DNA from: Pocillopora damicornis
Lineage: Eukaryota
Assembly: GCF_003704095.1 (NCBI RefSeq)
Contig: NW_020843698.1
Location: 62,001-126,000 of the forward strand
Length of the DNA stretch: 64,000 nt
Direction of reading: 5' to 3'
Each line of letters starts with the position of its first letter. Within the stretch, counting starts at the first letter, position 1. This document shows positions 11,442 to 24,000 of this stretch, piece by piece. The position numbers and the translations under genes were made by a program. Under the pieces are notes generated by a model. That model was not told where the DNA came from. It ran no database searches and saw only the letters and a list, made by a program, of their open reading frames with translations.

Positions 11442-14400
11442 TGTCGGTGGAAGAGTATAGCAGGTAATTTAGTGTTAACAACTGAGTTGAAAANNNNNNN
11501 NNNNNNNNNNNNNNNNNNNNNNNNNNNNNNNNNNNNNNNNNNNNNNNNNNNNNNNNNNNNNNNNNNNNNNNNNNNNNNNNNNNNNNNNNNNNNTATAATG
11601 AGCTTTTCGGAATGGCTTCACCCGCTAAAAGGACATCGTTAACAGACTTTAACACGCTACTAGTTGATAGCATAATATTTTTTAGCATTCGTCGTTTTAT
11701 TGAACTGGACCAACGAAACGCAAATTGCCACATCCCTTTTCTCGACTCCTTTTGAATTTATGACGCCATCCACCTAAGTTAATTTTTCCGTTATTAATCT
11801 TGGTAGTTTACATGTGACATTATATTTATCTCTAATTAAGTGGGATTAGACCAGATTACTGTATACTTATTGTAGAAAAGCCCATAATTCGGCTTGAATA
11901 ATTAGATACAGTCGTCGACTTTTCCAGCCATCTCGCTCTTTCATCTTTAGAATACGTTCTTAAAATCTTAGTTGGTAAATATCCGATTGCTGCTTTAATT
12001 CTTGAAGAAGATGTTTGCTTTTTAGCAGTTTTCAGTTTTTGGAGACACGATTCGTACCTAAAAAGGATATGTCAAACTTGTATGGATTTATGGGCTGACT
12101 AAATTACCTGACATTATGCTTTCTCTATTAATGTTGTCTGATATGGTTTCCTTTTTGAAATTTTTTCTTATATCCGAGATCAAGACACCAACAGTTCTAT
12201 TAATAGTAAAGCTCTATATGTTTTCAGTATGAGCTAGTGTTAACTTAATCCCCCACCCTCCCCTCCCTCTCAAATTCTCAGTCTCTCATTCATCCCTTTG
12301 TTGACCTCCTCTGTCTACATATTGTCCTCAGTTGTTGATTATCAAAACCATTCTCTGCTTCAATTTGTCCAAGCCATAACAGAANNNNNNNNNNNNNNNN
12401 NNNNNNNNNNNNNNNNNNNNNNNNNNNNNNNNNNNNNNNNNNNNNNNNNNNNNNNNNNNNNNNNNNNNNNNNNNNNNNNNNNNNNNNNNNNNNNNNNNNN
12501 NNNNNNNNNNNNNNNNNNNNNNNNNNNNNNNNNNNNNNNNNNNNNNNNNNNNNNNNNNNNNNNNNNNNNNNNNNNNNNNNNNNNNNNNNNNNNNNNNNNN
12601 NNNNNNNNNNNNNNNNNNNNNNNNNNNNNNNNNNNNNNNNNNNNNNNNNNNNNNNNNNNNNNNNNNNNNNNNNNNNNNNNNNNNNNNNNNNNNNNNNNNN
12701 NNNNNNNNNNNNNNNNNNNNNNNNNNNNNNNNNNNNNNNNNNNNNNNNNNNNNNNNNNNNNNNNNNNNNNNNNNNNNNNNNNNNNNNNNNNNNNNNNNNN
12801 NNNNNNNNNNNNNNNNNNNNNNNNNNNNNNNNNNNNNNNNNNNNNNNNNNNNNNNNNNNNNNNNNNNNNNNNNNNNNNNNNNNNNNNNNNNNNNNNNNNN
12901 NNNNNNNNNNNNNNNNNNNNNNNNNNNNNNNNNNNNNNNNNNNNNNNNNNNNNNNNNNNNNNNNNNNNNNNNNNNNNNNNNNNNNNNNNNNNNNNNNNNN
13001 NNNNNNNNNNNNNNNNNNNNNNNNNNNNNACGTTGAGAAACGTTTTAATGAAGCCGATTCCTTCATCGTTTGTTTTTTTCTTTAAGGATTCGTTTTCCTC
13101 GAAAATAAATTGATGTAGTCCTTCAAGGTCACGGTCCACTTCTCGCTCATCATCGACTTCTTTCGGGATTATTGTGCTCAGTGTGTTATCTATCTCTGTA
13201 AGCTCTGCGTTCGTGCTTCGTTTTAATAGCGTTTCAGATTTTCCTACTNNNNNNNNNNNNNNNNNNNNNNNNNNNNNNNNNNNNNNNNNNNNNNNNNNNN
13301 NNNNNNNNNNNNNNNNNNNNNNNNNNNNNNNNNNNNNNNNNNNNNNNNGTTCAAATGTATTACCCAATGAAAGAATTTAATTCATCATTTTCTCCTAATG
13401 CCTCAAACAGTTGGTCAGTTTTTGCACGACGCTCTCCACCGTATGTACTTGTGTATCCTGATAAATCAATATTCCCATTGAAAAAATTATAACTTTTAGT
13501 AAAGATTAGGTCTCCAGGATGGGATGTTAGCCCAATAGATTTGCTCGGGTTTGCTTTGACACTTTACAGACCTTTATGAATTAATTTTGCAATGAGGGAA
13601 CCCAAAAGTTGCACGGATTACAGTTTTATGGTAATGGTCCTGAGGTCAATTCTAATGTTTAAAGGTTTAAAAAAATTTAGGCACCTTGGGACATATTTTG
13701 AGGAGCACTTCATAGCCAATTTCAAGCAATCAATTCTTTGTTTACAGCTTGACATCAGTATGCATATTCTTCATAGTGTTCTCTATATGTCTCCTTTTGT
13801 ACAAGACAAGGAGAATTTATTAAAAAACCAAGAGTTTCTTTAGTTGGTGATCATTTCCTTTATTCTCTAAACCTTTAAGTTGGATTCAGCAGCAATATGG
13901 TAAGGAGAAATCAAATGCTTGAGAGTTAAATGTGCCTATCACCCCAAATCCACCTATCCCATGGTCTTTGCTGACAAATGGTTATGTAAGAGTGAATAAC
14001 CATGAAAAGGTGGATGACAAACCAGGGCTCAAGTCCAAGACCTCTCCACCTACACTCTAGTGTGTTAATCACTGGGTTGCAGCTAGCCTGTGATCTAGTG
14101 TTCTTATTGGAATAAAAAGAGTGCCTGATCACAGGTGAGGTCAAAGCATCTTCCTCAATATAGCCATACTCTAAGAGCAGATCATAAACATGGCCAAACA
14201 GGAATTAAGATGCACATATCATTCTTGGTGAGAAAAATAAATGATTGCATAGTGGACTCAGTGCATTGTGCCTTATATTAAGCAGGTGCATTTCATCACA
14301 GGTTTAAAGCATGTTGTGATATGTTCTGGTGTAATATGCTCTACCCATGAGTTAAAATTAAGTATGGGAAAATTACCGTAATTATTTTGGTGTATGTTCA

Positions 14401-14929
14401 ATTACCTGTATCTCCAGTTCTGGTGTATATCTTTGGTCCTACAGGGCTGCCATAAAAACAAAGAGGTTGTAGCTTACAATAATGATATGAACCTTACAAA
14501 ATTTTGTAATAATGTACACTATTTCAGGTCAAAAGATCAAACGGCCCAAACATTTCATATGATGCACAGTCGTGGTGCTCTTAAGTGTGAAAGTGAATTT
14601 TTTTTTCGCCAAAGAATACAACATAGTGATCCTTCCAGGTTAAACTTGGAAATTAAAATCCAACTCGTCAATCTCCTAATGCAATATCTTAGACCACCGA
14701 CCATCTCGAGTTTTGTCAGCATACGAGAACTAGTCGCACGGCAAAGGTCGTACTAAGATCAATCATATTTATGATAAAATCATTAATGGAATAAATTGAT
14801 TTTAGCATACTACCTCGATGAGCTCCATCTTTCAATAAAACTTGTAAGTAAAAAACTGCGCATTTTTCTCAGCTGGAATGTAAAAGATGAGGGGCAGAGA
14901 AGGCGCTTACAGGTGAGAAGAGCCGCCAT
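8214..14929 (-). CDS. MMAB: Mitochondrial cob(I)alamin adenosyltransferase (cblB), 9 exons, about 231 aa
   Basis: Exons 14814-14929, 14406-14446, 13364-13457, 11277-11337, 10563-10635, 9855-9952, 9337-9401, 8840-8899, 8214-8301, all GT-AG and phase-consistent (696 nt). Motifs [72 protein letters not shown]. Basic, Ser-rich N-terminal transit peptide. Confidence 0.95.
8520..8735. mobile_element. Penelope-like-element-derived short repeat with a decayed hammerhead-like hairpin
   Basis: Inverted repeat GCTGACGTT (8550) and AACGTCAGC (8608). The tail CCCACCGACGCAGCACCACAGTTTCTT recurs in reverse at about 11410-11493 and 52295-52335; adjacent segments recur at about 8970-9035 and 17525-17600. Confidence 0.55.
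10990..11209. mobile_element. About 200-bp TTAA-flanked (piggyBac-like) MITE, subfamily A
   Basis: TTAACCCTTTAACTCCC...GGGAGTGAAAGGG...TTAA. Related copies at about 10810-10993, 36950-37165, 42824-43032 and 57824-57905. Confidence 0.75.
11594..12384 (-). repeat. About 800-bp dispersed repeat, copy 2, a gap-bounded contig inside MMAB intron 3
   Basis: Its ends TATAATGAGCTTTTCGG and GTCCAAGCCATAACAGAA are reverse complements of 2014-2030 and 1236-1253. Confidence 0.9.
13030..13248 (-). other. Isolated coding fragment resembling the coiled-coil-to-filamin linker of cnidarian TRIM-NHL (TRIM71/TRIM2/3-like) proteins, on a 219-bp contig between gaps
   Basis: Open for its full length: [72 protein letters not shown]. 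The family call comes from recall of similar coral sequences; no search was run. Confidence 0.5.
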
Positions 14930-15051
14930 CTTTGATTAAGGTAAGGACTTTAAATAAGTATCATCATTTGTAATCTAGTACCCAGATCACTTCAGCATGC
15001 AGTATGAGTAACAGACTTCAACTGCGCTTTAAGTGACGTAGCCAGCCAATA
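14922..15051 (-). promoter_or_regulatory. MMAB proximal promoter motifs (YY1-like site over the ATG, CRE half-site, CCAAT)
   Basis: AAGATGGCGGC spans the start codon; TGACGT at about 15034; AGCCAAT at about 15044. Confidence 0.35.
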
Positions 15052-18000
15052 GGCCCGTGCACCTGGTCTACATTCTTATTCCTGCCTATTTTACTTTTAT
15101 AATGTGACCCTTGCAAATGTTGAAAAAAACTTGAACTTTCTTAGGGAACAAGCCTAAAACAAATTGAAAAGGCTACACCCCTGCTTTGGTATTCCATAGG
15201 AATATGGTTATTGCTAAAGAGAAAGATGAAAGTTCCCATGTCCAAACTATAACACCTAAAAATATTATAACTCAAACAGAAGCCAATAGGTTTGAACCTT
15301 CTGCCCCAATGTCTTGCAACCAAGGAAAAAAAACAACACTTCCTTCTCCACCAGTTAAATTTTATTGTAAGCTTTGCAGATCTGTCAAAATAACAATGGA
15401 ATATCGTTTTCTTAGTTGGTAATTCCATTGGAATATCTTCAGTATTTTCCTCTTTTTCTTTAGAGAGGGTGAGGGATCATAGAGGCTAAAAGTGACTACT
15501 CTCTATTTTCTCCTTACAATGTCACCCCTGAATCTCACATTAAGGTCACAAGATAAAGGAAATGATCACCAACTAAAGAAGCCCTTTATTATTGAACAAA
15601 TTCCCCCTTGTTTTAGAGAACAGTATGGAGAATATTCATACTGATGTTGGGTTGTAAAGGGCTAACACATGTCTAGACTTTGATGTGAATGGGATCTAAG
15701 AGGCATGAAGAGGGACTTGCATGGTACTTTATCCTGAAACTTTGTCTTGCAATAGTTTAGGGTTTGAAGAAGATAAGTTTGTTGCTCATGGGGAATTCAC
15801 AAATGAGAGCTCAACTGTGCACAATAACTCATTTACTAAAAATCAGTATATTAACTTTTCCTTGCAAAATATCATTTACTCATAAATATGCTTTAACTTT
15901 AAGGTGTTTAAATGATTACTTACATTTTGCTTACAGCAGTCAATGATAAAAAATGTCTGGTTCCAAATTTCGCTATTTTCAATATCATATAACTCTTTAT
16001 AACTATAGAGTCTGACATATTTAATGAGTGGTTTTCATTTTAATACAAAGACCAGTATGTGGTAATAAATTGCCAGAAGTTTAAAAGTGACAAATCTTAA
16101 ATTACGAGTGTAAAATATTAAGTAACAAGATTACAAACTTTCATCCCTAATCTTCTGTCACTACATCACAAATCTAGTAAACCTTCATTAACCTGAATTT
16201 CTCCTTTCAATATTAATACAATGTTGACTAGATAAGTGATGAAAATAAAGTAAAATATTAATTTGGAGTATAATTAGTTGATCCGGTACTAAATTCTCTG
16301 AAATAACACAATTAGAATTGTATGGTTGAGAGTAAGGAGAATTTCAAATTTAATCTGGGAGTTAAAGGCTTAACTGGTTCTTACTTATGATCTATTGAAG
16401 GACAGACCCAAATATGATGTTGCCATTAACAACATTTTGCTGTTTTATCATATCTAGGATAAAAAAATTTACATGTTGCTGTGGGTCTGTACAGTAACAG
16501 AACACAGAAGTTGTCAGAATGTGGTGAGTACATCAGTGACACACTTGCCTGTGACTTATGTGCTATGTTTGTGTACTTACCACATTTTGACATCATCTGT
16601 GATCTACTACTGAACAGACGGCAATATGGAATCGGTTTGTTAAATTTTTTCTGTACTTCAAAATAATGTTACACTGAATCATTACAGACCTTTATAAATG
16701 CTGTCACATCATACTCCAAATAAGTGGGAACAATTTAGCAACAACTGTCTACCATATTTTCTTACACATTTTTCATTTGACCTAAAGTAAGACATATGAC
16801 CTTAATTTATGAATAATCAATAAATACTGTTAACCAAAGAGGATTATGGAGCTAACTTGCAGCAGAAGAGTAAAAAATGATGGCCTGCCCTTCAGGCTTC
16901 AGCATGAGTGTTACTTTACCCACAGAAATAACAAGCTGTGAGAAACACAAACCAGCAAGAGGCCTTGGCAAACCCCTTACCAACTTGTCTCAAATCTTCC
17001 TGTGGGCTGAGACACCAGCATCCTGCTGCACTAATAATGATGGCCTGCTCATAGTTTATGAAAATGGAGGCTCAAGAATAACAACATTTGCTACAAAATA
17101 TTCATTTACAGCACTGTACATTAAAAAAGATGAAAAATACTAATTTAATGTTTGAGAAAGCACGATGATAGAAAATTAATGACAAAGGTAATCCTCTTTG
17201 GCCACAAAATAAATAGAACACATTTCTAAAATTTTATCAACAGTTATCCCTAACTCATCAAACAATCCCTGATGTTGGTGTTAAGAATAGAGCATTAAAT
17301 GTGGACAAACACTGCACATTGAATGAACTTGGTTTAAGATACCACTTCACAAAACTGGAAAGTGGTAATCACAATCCTTGCCTGAAGACAACTCAGTGAA
17401 TAATTTGAAATAAGTTTTCTTTTTTCCATTATTCTCTGAACCCTGGGTATGGCAGCTGAACCAAAAAGAAATTCAAAACTACTGAAAAATACTTGCAAAC
17501 ATTAACATGACAACCCAAAACTAAATGGGGTAAGTCTCGGTGAGGGGTGGGGGGAGGTTGGGGATATAAACAGTTAATTTGATTTTATCAACTGAGTTGA
17601 TGTTGTAAACTGGGCTCTGTAAACAGTTTTTAAGCAGATGTTTTTGATTGAATAGAGGAAATGTGGGTTGTATGAGGTGTCTATGCAGGAAAATGGAACT
17701 TTGGTATTCAGAGGAACAAGGTAACTTAAAAACACAAGAATGAATTATTTGAATGAAAAGCATTTGTAGATAGAATTGTGACAGTGGACAGGTAGTGTAC
17801 AATGTATGCTACTGTTGTTGATGTTTATGTCGAGGTTTGGGAAATTTTGTGTTTTTGTTGGTGGCTACAAAGGTAGGGATTACATTCAATGTGTTCCCTA
17901 TTCTTTGTAAATACCTGTTAAAAATATTTAACATATGAAAATTTCTTCTCTTGTTTAAGTCAAATAATCATAGCAGGGTAAGTGAGAACTTAGTACCTCC

Positions 18001-18058
18001 CTGTACTGATCAAAAATGAATTTACTACTCATAAATTCTCTCCTTTTATTGCGTGGCA

Positions 18059-21000
18059 TCATTTTGGTCCTTTAGATGCCTGATGTGTATGTTCCCTCTG
18101 AATGTCTTTCTTGGTGAGCTTCAAACTAAGAGACTGGTAAAAAGTTAAAAAGTATGCATTAGATTTTGGCCTAGTGTTAACCCTTTATCTCCTGAAATCT
18201 GATTGCTAATTCTCCCCTGTAGCTGCTACACATTTCCTTGTAGATTATATGTGAGAATTTGGTGTTAGATCAAGACAGCAACCTCTACCTGATAAGTTTG
18301 AGTATTCTCATTATCTCTTTGCTGGATAAGGTATGGATATTGTGGGGAGAGGTTGCATGTTAATCACTTCTGGGAGTTAAAGGGTTAAGTACCAGGTTGT
18401 TCGTATACCATGTCAGTCTTTTCCATCCATCCTCAATCATCCTGGTTCCCTTTTGCTTTATTTTGGTGTTTCTCTAGTCAGAGCAATTCCCAATTGAATG
18501 TGAAAAGAAACTACTTTTGATTTGCTTTTCTTTGCTTTATGATTGGTCCAGAAAATTTGCACCACATTAACAACCAATCAGATTCAAGACTAAACCCAAT
18601 TGCAACTTGGTCACAGCACAGGACAACCAAGCTCCTTTAGCTTTGTGTATGAGTGGTGTAACTGTGGCTTAATAAGTCTTTGTAATTACATGTGATTTCT
18701 GATCTTGGTTCTTTTAAAGCATTTTAAGTAAAATATTGGAGGTGATGCCAAGTAAACAATAATGCTAATTCCAGTTATTATCTAAAATGATCAAAACAAC
18801 AAATTAAAACAGTTAATATATCAGAGTTACTCCTCATACTCTTTGTATTGTGTCTTCACTTGCAGGTAAGTTGCCAAGTTAAAAAAAGGATTGTAAAATT
18901 ACAGGTATACAAAATTAACTGGTCTTTCAGTTGCCTTACCACTGGTATCAGGGAATCTTCTTGCATTAAGTTCTTTGGTAAGTTCCTGAGCCTTTGGTTT
19001 GTCTCAAAGAGCCTGTTGACAGTTATTTACTGATCACCAAAAGAGACCAGACAACAAGGAAACTAACCACTACACTAGCTTTGAAATCTTTATTTTGAAT
19101 AGTCATCTTTATCATGAAACCTGTTTGCAGGTTCTGTTTTATGCAAAAAAAGATCTTTTGCATTGCAGTGTTAAACTTAGATTCAATTTAGATTATGTAC
19201 AAATTATATGCATGAATCAGTTTTCAATGGCCAATAAAACACAGAAACATCCACTTTTCATCTCCCCTTGCATCATGCAGCAACATGGTTTTTCATCTTA
19301 CCCTGGACAACGCTGAAGATCTCTAGGAGTAAGTGCTGATTTCATCATTGCCAGAGTAGTTCTGAAGAGCACTTTTATTCCTAAAGGAAAGAATAAAATA
19401 GAATACAGTTTTCACTTTAATTCTTCTCAAATTAAATTTGACTACCTTAACTAAATAATGAAAAAAAATGCCAAGCTATGACAACTTCATATTCAATCCA
19501 AATATCAATTAAGCTGAGAAATTCACCCTTGTTTCCATTGGAAAAGAATTGTGAATGCAGACCTACACACATGAACTGATCATTATAGTAAACTAAATCT
19601 TGCCTACCCTCATTTCAATCATGAAACCAAGGGTGGGAGGACCTTTAGCTTATCTGCGACAAGATTGTGGAACCAACTACACATTAACCAAAAGACAAAG
19701 GCAACAACAGTTGCTTCTTTCAGAGAGGCCCTTGACAAATATTTTTTAACAAGCTATGATGAAGTAGAACATTTCAGTCCAAATGTGATTTAACCTGACC
19801 CAAGTGGCATATTTCATTTTATCTAGTTTTTAGCTTATAGTCTTATAGACCTGTCAACCAGTTTTATTATCCTCAAATACATTTTAATTCTAATTATTGT
19901 ACTTTTAGGATTGAGAGCCACTACTATATCAGTTGAATTACAGTTGTGTGTTACCCTCCTTAAATTAAGTTTGTTTTAGCTGTTTGTTTGAATTCTGTGT
20001 TACTAAATTTATTGACATGCATACATTCCTGCATTAAAAGTACTCCACATCCCAACATGGACATGGAGCCCATCTCCCTTATCATCAAGCAAAATGAGAC
20101 AATAAGGACATAATCAAACCATATAGCCAAAGGCCCTCACTTCATCAATCTCATCTGTAAACCAGTTAATTCAAAAGAAAGCTAACAAGTGAAACAAAAC
20201 TCAGAGATCGAGAACACAAACCTTCACAAAAAAACATGTCCCATACTCGAAGTACAGTGGCAAATGGGAGGTTCCTGGAAAATAATTCAAATATTGATTG
20301 AACAGACCTTGGACTAAGAAGACTCCCTTTTAACTTCCAGAGGTGATTAACATGCAACTTCTCCCTATAATTCTCATATCTTATCCATCAAACAGGTAAT
20401 GGGAATACTCAAACTTATCAGGTAGAGGTTGTTATCTTGACTTAACAACAAATTCTTATACCTAATTTACAAGGAAATCTGTAGCAGCTACAGGAGAGAA
20501 CGAACAATCAGATCTTGAGAGTTAACGACTCTCACCTAGCCAAGAGACACATAAACCATTCTGTCATGTACATCAAAGGGTCTATGTGGTGTTTTTCCTG
20601 AAAGATAAGAAATGTGTGAGCATGGTTAGGATTTTTTAATAAGCACAATCAATAAATAAAGCAAACACAGTATCTTCTGAAGCTTGGCATGTTCTTTTTG
20701 GCTTTTCTATTCTTTTAACAAATAAAACTTGGTCAAAGTCACATCCAAAGATGATGAGTTCTTTCCTCTTACTCACATTATTTCTGGCCTACGCATAATT
20801 CATGCTTAAAAATATTGAATGTGACAAATTGTCATTAATATAACAAATTGAATGTAAAATACTTACCATATGTTTCGCAATATGAGGTGCAGTTTTTTCC
20901 AACAGACCACCAAAGATGGCCCCATCCAATTTAACAGCTTCCTGCATTTCAGTGAAAATAACTATTTAGATGTTGTTGGAGCAATTTCAATTGAGAGCTG

Positions 21001-24000
21001 AAAGTAATCCTAGATTGCATTGATTTTTCCTAACTTTCCTTTGTGATAGGTCTGGAACACTTACACCCCCCTTCCCCTCTCCTTTTGATCAAGTAGATAA
21101 AAAACCTTATCATGTGCTTTATGCAGTTTGCTTATTTTCAATTTGAGTTCTCATTAGCTCCTTAGGATGTCTCCCTTTTCACCGAAAGCCTTTAACTCAA
21201 AAGCCAATTGATGATATTTTAAGGTGATTTGTTTTGACTTACTAATTTGGGCTTGTAGTATCCAGGAATGTAGCTTTCACAAATTTTAACCAAACACCAG
21301 AAGGCTTCCTGTAGGGTAGAGGTGAGAGGTTAAGTTTCATAGGTCAAAATGTTAACAAAAGTTTAAATGATCACCAACTAAAGAAACTATTGTTAGAAAA
21401 TTCCCACAAGACTCCTGCCTCAATTTTTTACTTAACCCATTTTATAAATATAGTAACCAAATGCAGAATTGTTTAAACTCATGGCTCACCTCTGCTGTCA
21501 TGTGCATTAAAAGCACTGCTGCAACTGGAGCCATTGCCTGTGCAAAACACAGCAGATGAATAATTCATCAGGTTTAAAAATCATGCTTAAATTTCACCAC
21601 AGGAAGTTGAAAAAAAACAAGACTATTAATTCTACCTGACAGTATCCTGTCTCTGTGTCATATTCTGCATAAGCTTTCAAGATGTCGAATAAATCCTTTT
21701 GCCCCAACCCATCCTTTTCACAAAACATCTCATGAAATGGGAAGGTTCTGCTTAGATCTTTAGTAATCACATCCTGCCACTGTGAGGATTCTTTCATAAC
21801 TAGTTCCTAGAATAAGTCAAAATATTTTAATTCTCATATCTAACTTTACTATTTCATAAACAAATTTTTATTGCAAGATAGCATGATTTCTACACTGTGC
21901 TGCCCTACAAATAATCCTAACAAATAGAAATGGTGTGATTGATGACCAATTTTTTGAAGCCATCTGGACTGGTAAGAGAGAATTTACAAACAAATACCTG
22001 TATATACAAAAATATAAGATTCTACAAGAATGCTGTTTGTTAGTTATGAGAGTTTGCAACTCATTCATTTATCTGAATACAAAATTTTTACAAGATATTT
22101 GACATCTGAGTTTCATGTAAACACTTCTACCTTCTGACACATTTGCCTTCTTAACAAGAAAGCTACCAAAACCATGATATGGCCTTAAGCCCCAAGTGAA
22201 CTTTGTCGTATGTCAATTGCAAACTTCAAATTAAAATGTGAAGTCTGTACTCAAGCTAAGTGGCTTCATCCCAGCTTCCATGGCATGAAGCAACTTAGAA
22301 TATTGTTACTCTCTCCTAAATTGGATGCCAGTCCATCACATGGTCACCCCTAGCATTTCATCAGGCTTCCCTGATAATTTACAAGTATCCATTTATACTC
22401 CTGAGTGGAGAGAGGCATTGTTAAATTTAAGTGTTTTGCCCAAGAACACAACACAATGACCAAGCAAGATCTTAAACTACAACCTCTATACCCAGAGTCC
22501 AGCACACTAACCATCTGGCCACTACAAGCTTCAAAGCCATCTTTAATTACAAAAAGGTGACTTATAAAGTTCTACTAGAAAGCAACATTTAAATTAAAAA
22601 ATAGTGAGACTAAAATATATATGGCAGTTGCCTTCCAACATACTTGGAACCTTCCTTCATTTTTCTTCTTTAGATCGGCACTGCCTGATAAGTGCTGCCA
22701 AGCCCTCCCACGAACTGACGAAGGAATACCTTTGCGGCATCTTTCCTTCACCTAGTTGCATGATTATAAAGTACATCAAAGTAAACTCAGCTTCATGCTC
22801 CTAATCATTTTCTTGAAAAAACCAAAAAAACCTGACAATTTCTCAATATGTTATGTCTTGTGAAGAGACTTGTTGGAAATTAAATTTGAAATTTCAAAAC
22901 AAATACGCAAATGTGCATGTGTTTTATTTTGAAATCATGCATATTATTTCAAACCAAATTGCACTCCCCTCGGTTCAAACTGACCTTTGAGAACTTTTTG
23001 TTCATCCATTTATCCCAGTCATCAAACATGTGCACCCATTTCAACTCTCGTTGTCTTATAACTTCAATGGGTAAACTAGTTTTGCTGTTTCTGAAAAATA
23101 AAAGGTGGATTACACATCACATTAAAAAATTATGTAACAAAGCACTTCCATATTCTCTTTAAAGGTACATCTTTTCTTTCCTTGTGCCAGCTAGAATTTA
23201 ATTTTGGCCACTATTTTGGGAAGAAAAGGTGAGATAAACATCACATAAAAAATTATGTAATATGGCACTTCCATCTCCTCTTCATGTTTCCTTTTTTACC
23301 TTTCTTCATGACAGCAAAAATCTTATTTTGGTGACCATTTTGTGGTTTTAGGTTGCCAACTTTCAAAAAAATAGGCATGCATAGCATGCAAGAGTTATTT
23401 TTTCGGCTGGGAAAGTTATGATGGGGCACTTTGTGTACATATGTGTACATAATGTTTTCATTTTTGTAACAGAAAAAGAACATTACTTTCAAATGGATGA
23501 AAATATCGCATTACTTCACCTTTAGAGAAAGAAAGAAAAACCTAATTTATCTGAACTTGCAAAGGTATTTTGTGGTCTATTGTCGCTATTGTCTTAATAC
23601 TTCCAAGCAAAAACAAAATGCATCAGTGCCACACTTAATGTTGTCTCCTTCCCAACTGTTGTTTGGTCTCATCGCACAATGCCATCTATTCCCCACTGGA
23701 GAGAGAGCGCATTGCTTGATAAGACCAAATAAAGGTTGCAAAAGGGAGTATGTTTTCTACCCTTCCTCTAACAGAGAGAAAATAAATTTATTTGTCTGCA
23801 GTTAGTTGCCTCAAAAATATAATTCCATGTAATTTTATTAAGAAAAGCAAACTGAAACTCTGTTGTATCTCCAATAGACCTTAACCAAAGATATAGTGTG
23901 ATCTTGAATAAGTGAAGTTACATTGAATACGACAAAAGGATAATATTTCAAAGAGGGCTCCTATCTGGACTATACCCTCTATGTGTGAAATACATGATAA

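Noticed and set aside
12290-13367. Long ORFs of 258-335 aa in the ORF track
   Set aside because: They consist almost entirely of N-gap codons.
18028-18061. Selenocysteine or readthrough at the TBC1D10 TGA
   Set aside because: A second TGA follows within 10 codons, I see no SECIS, and the family is not known to contain Sec.
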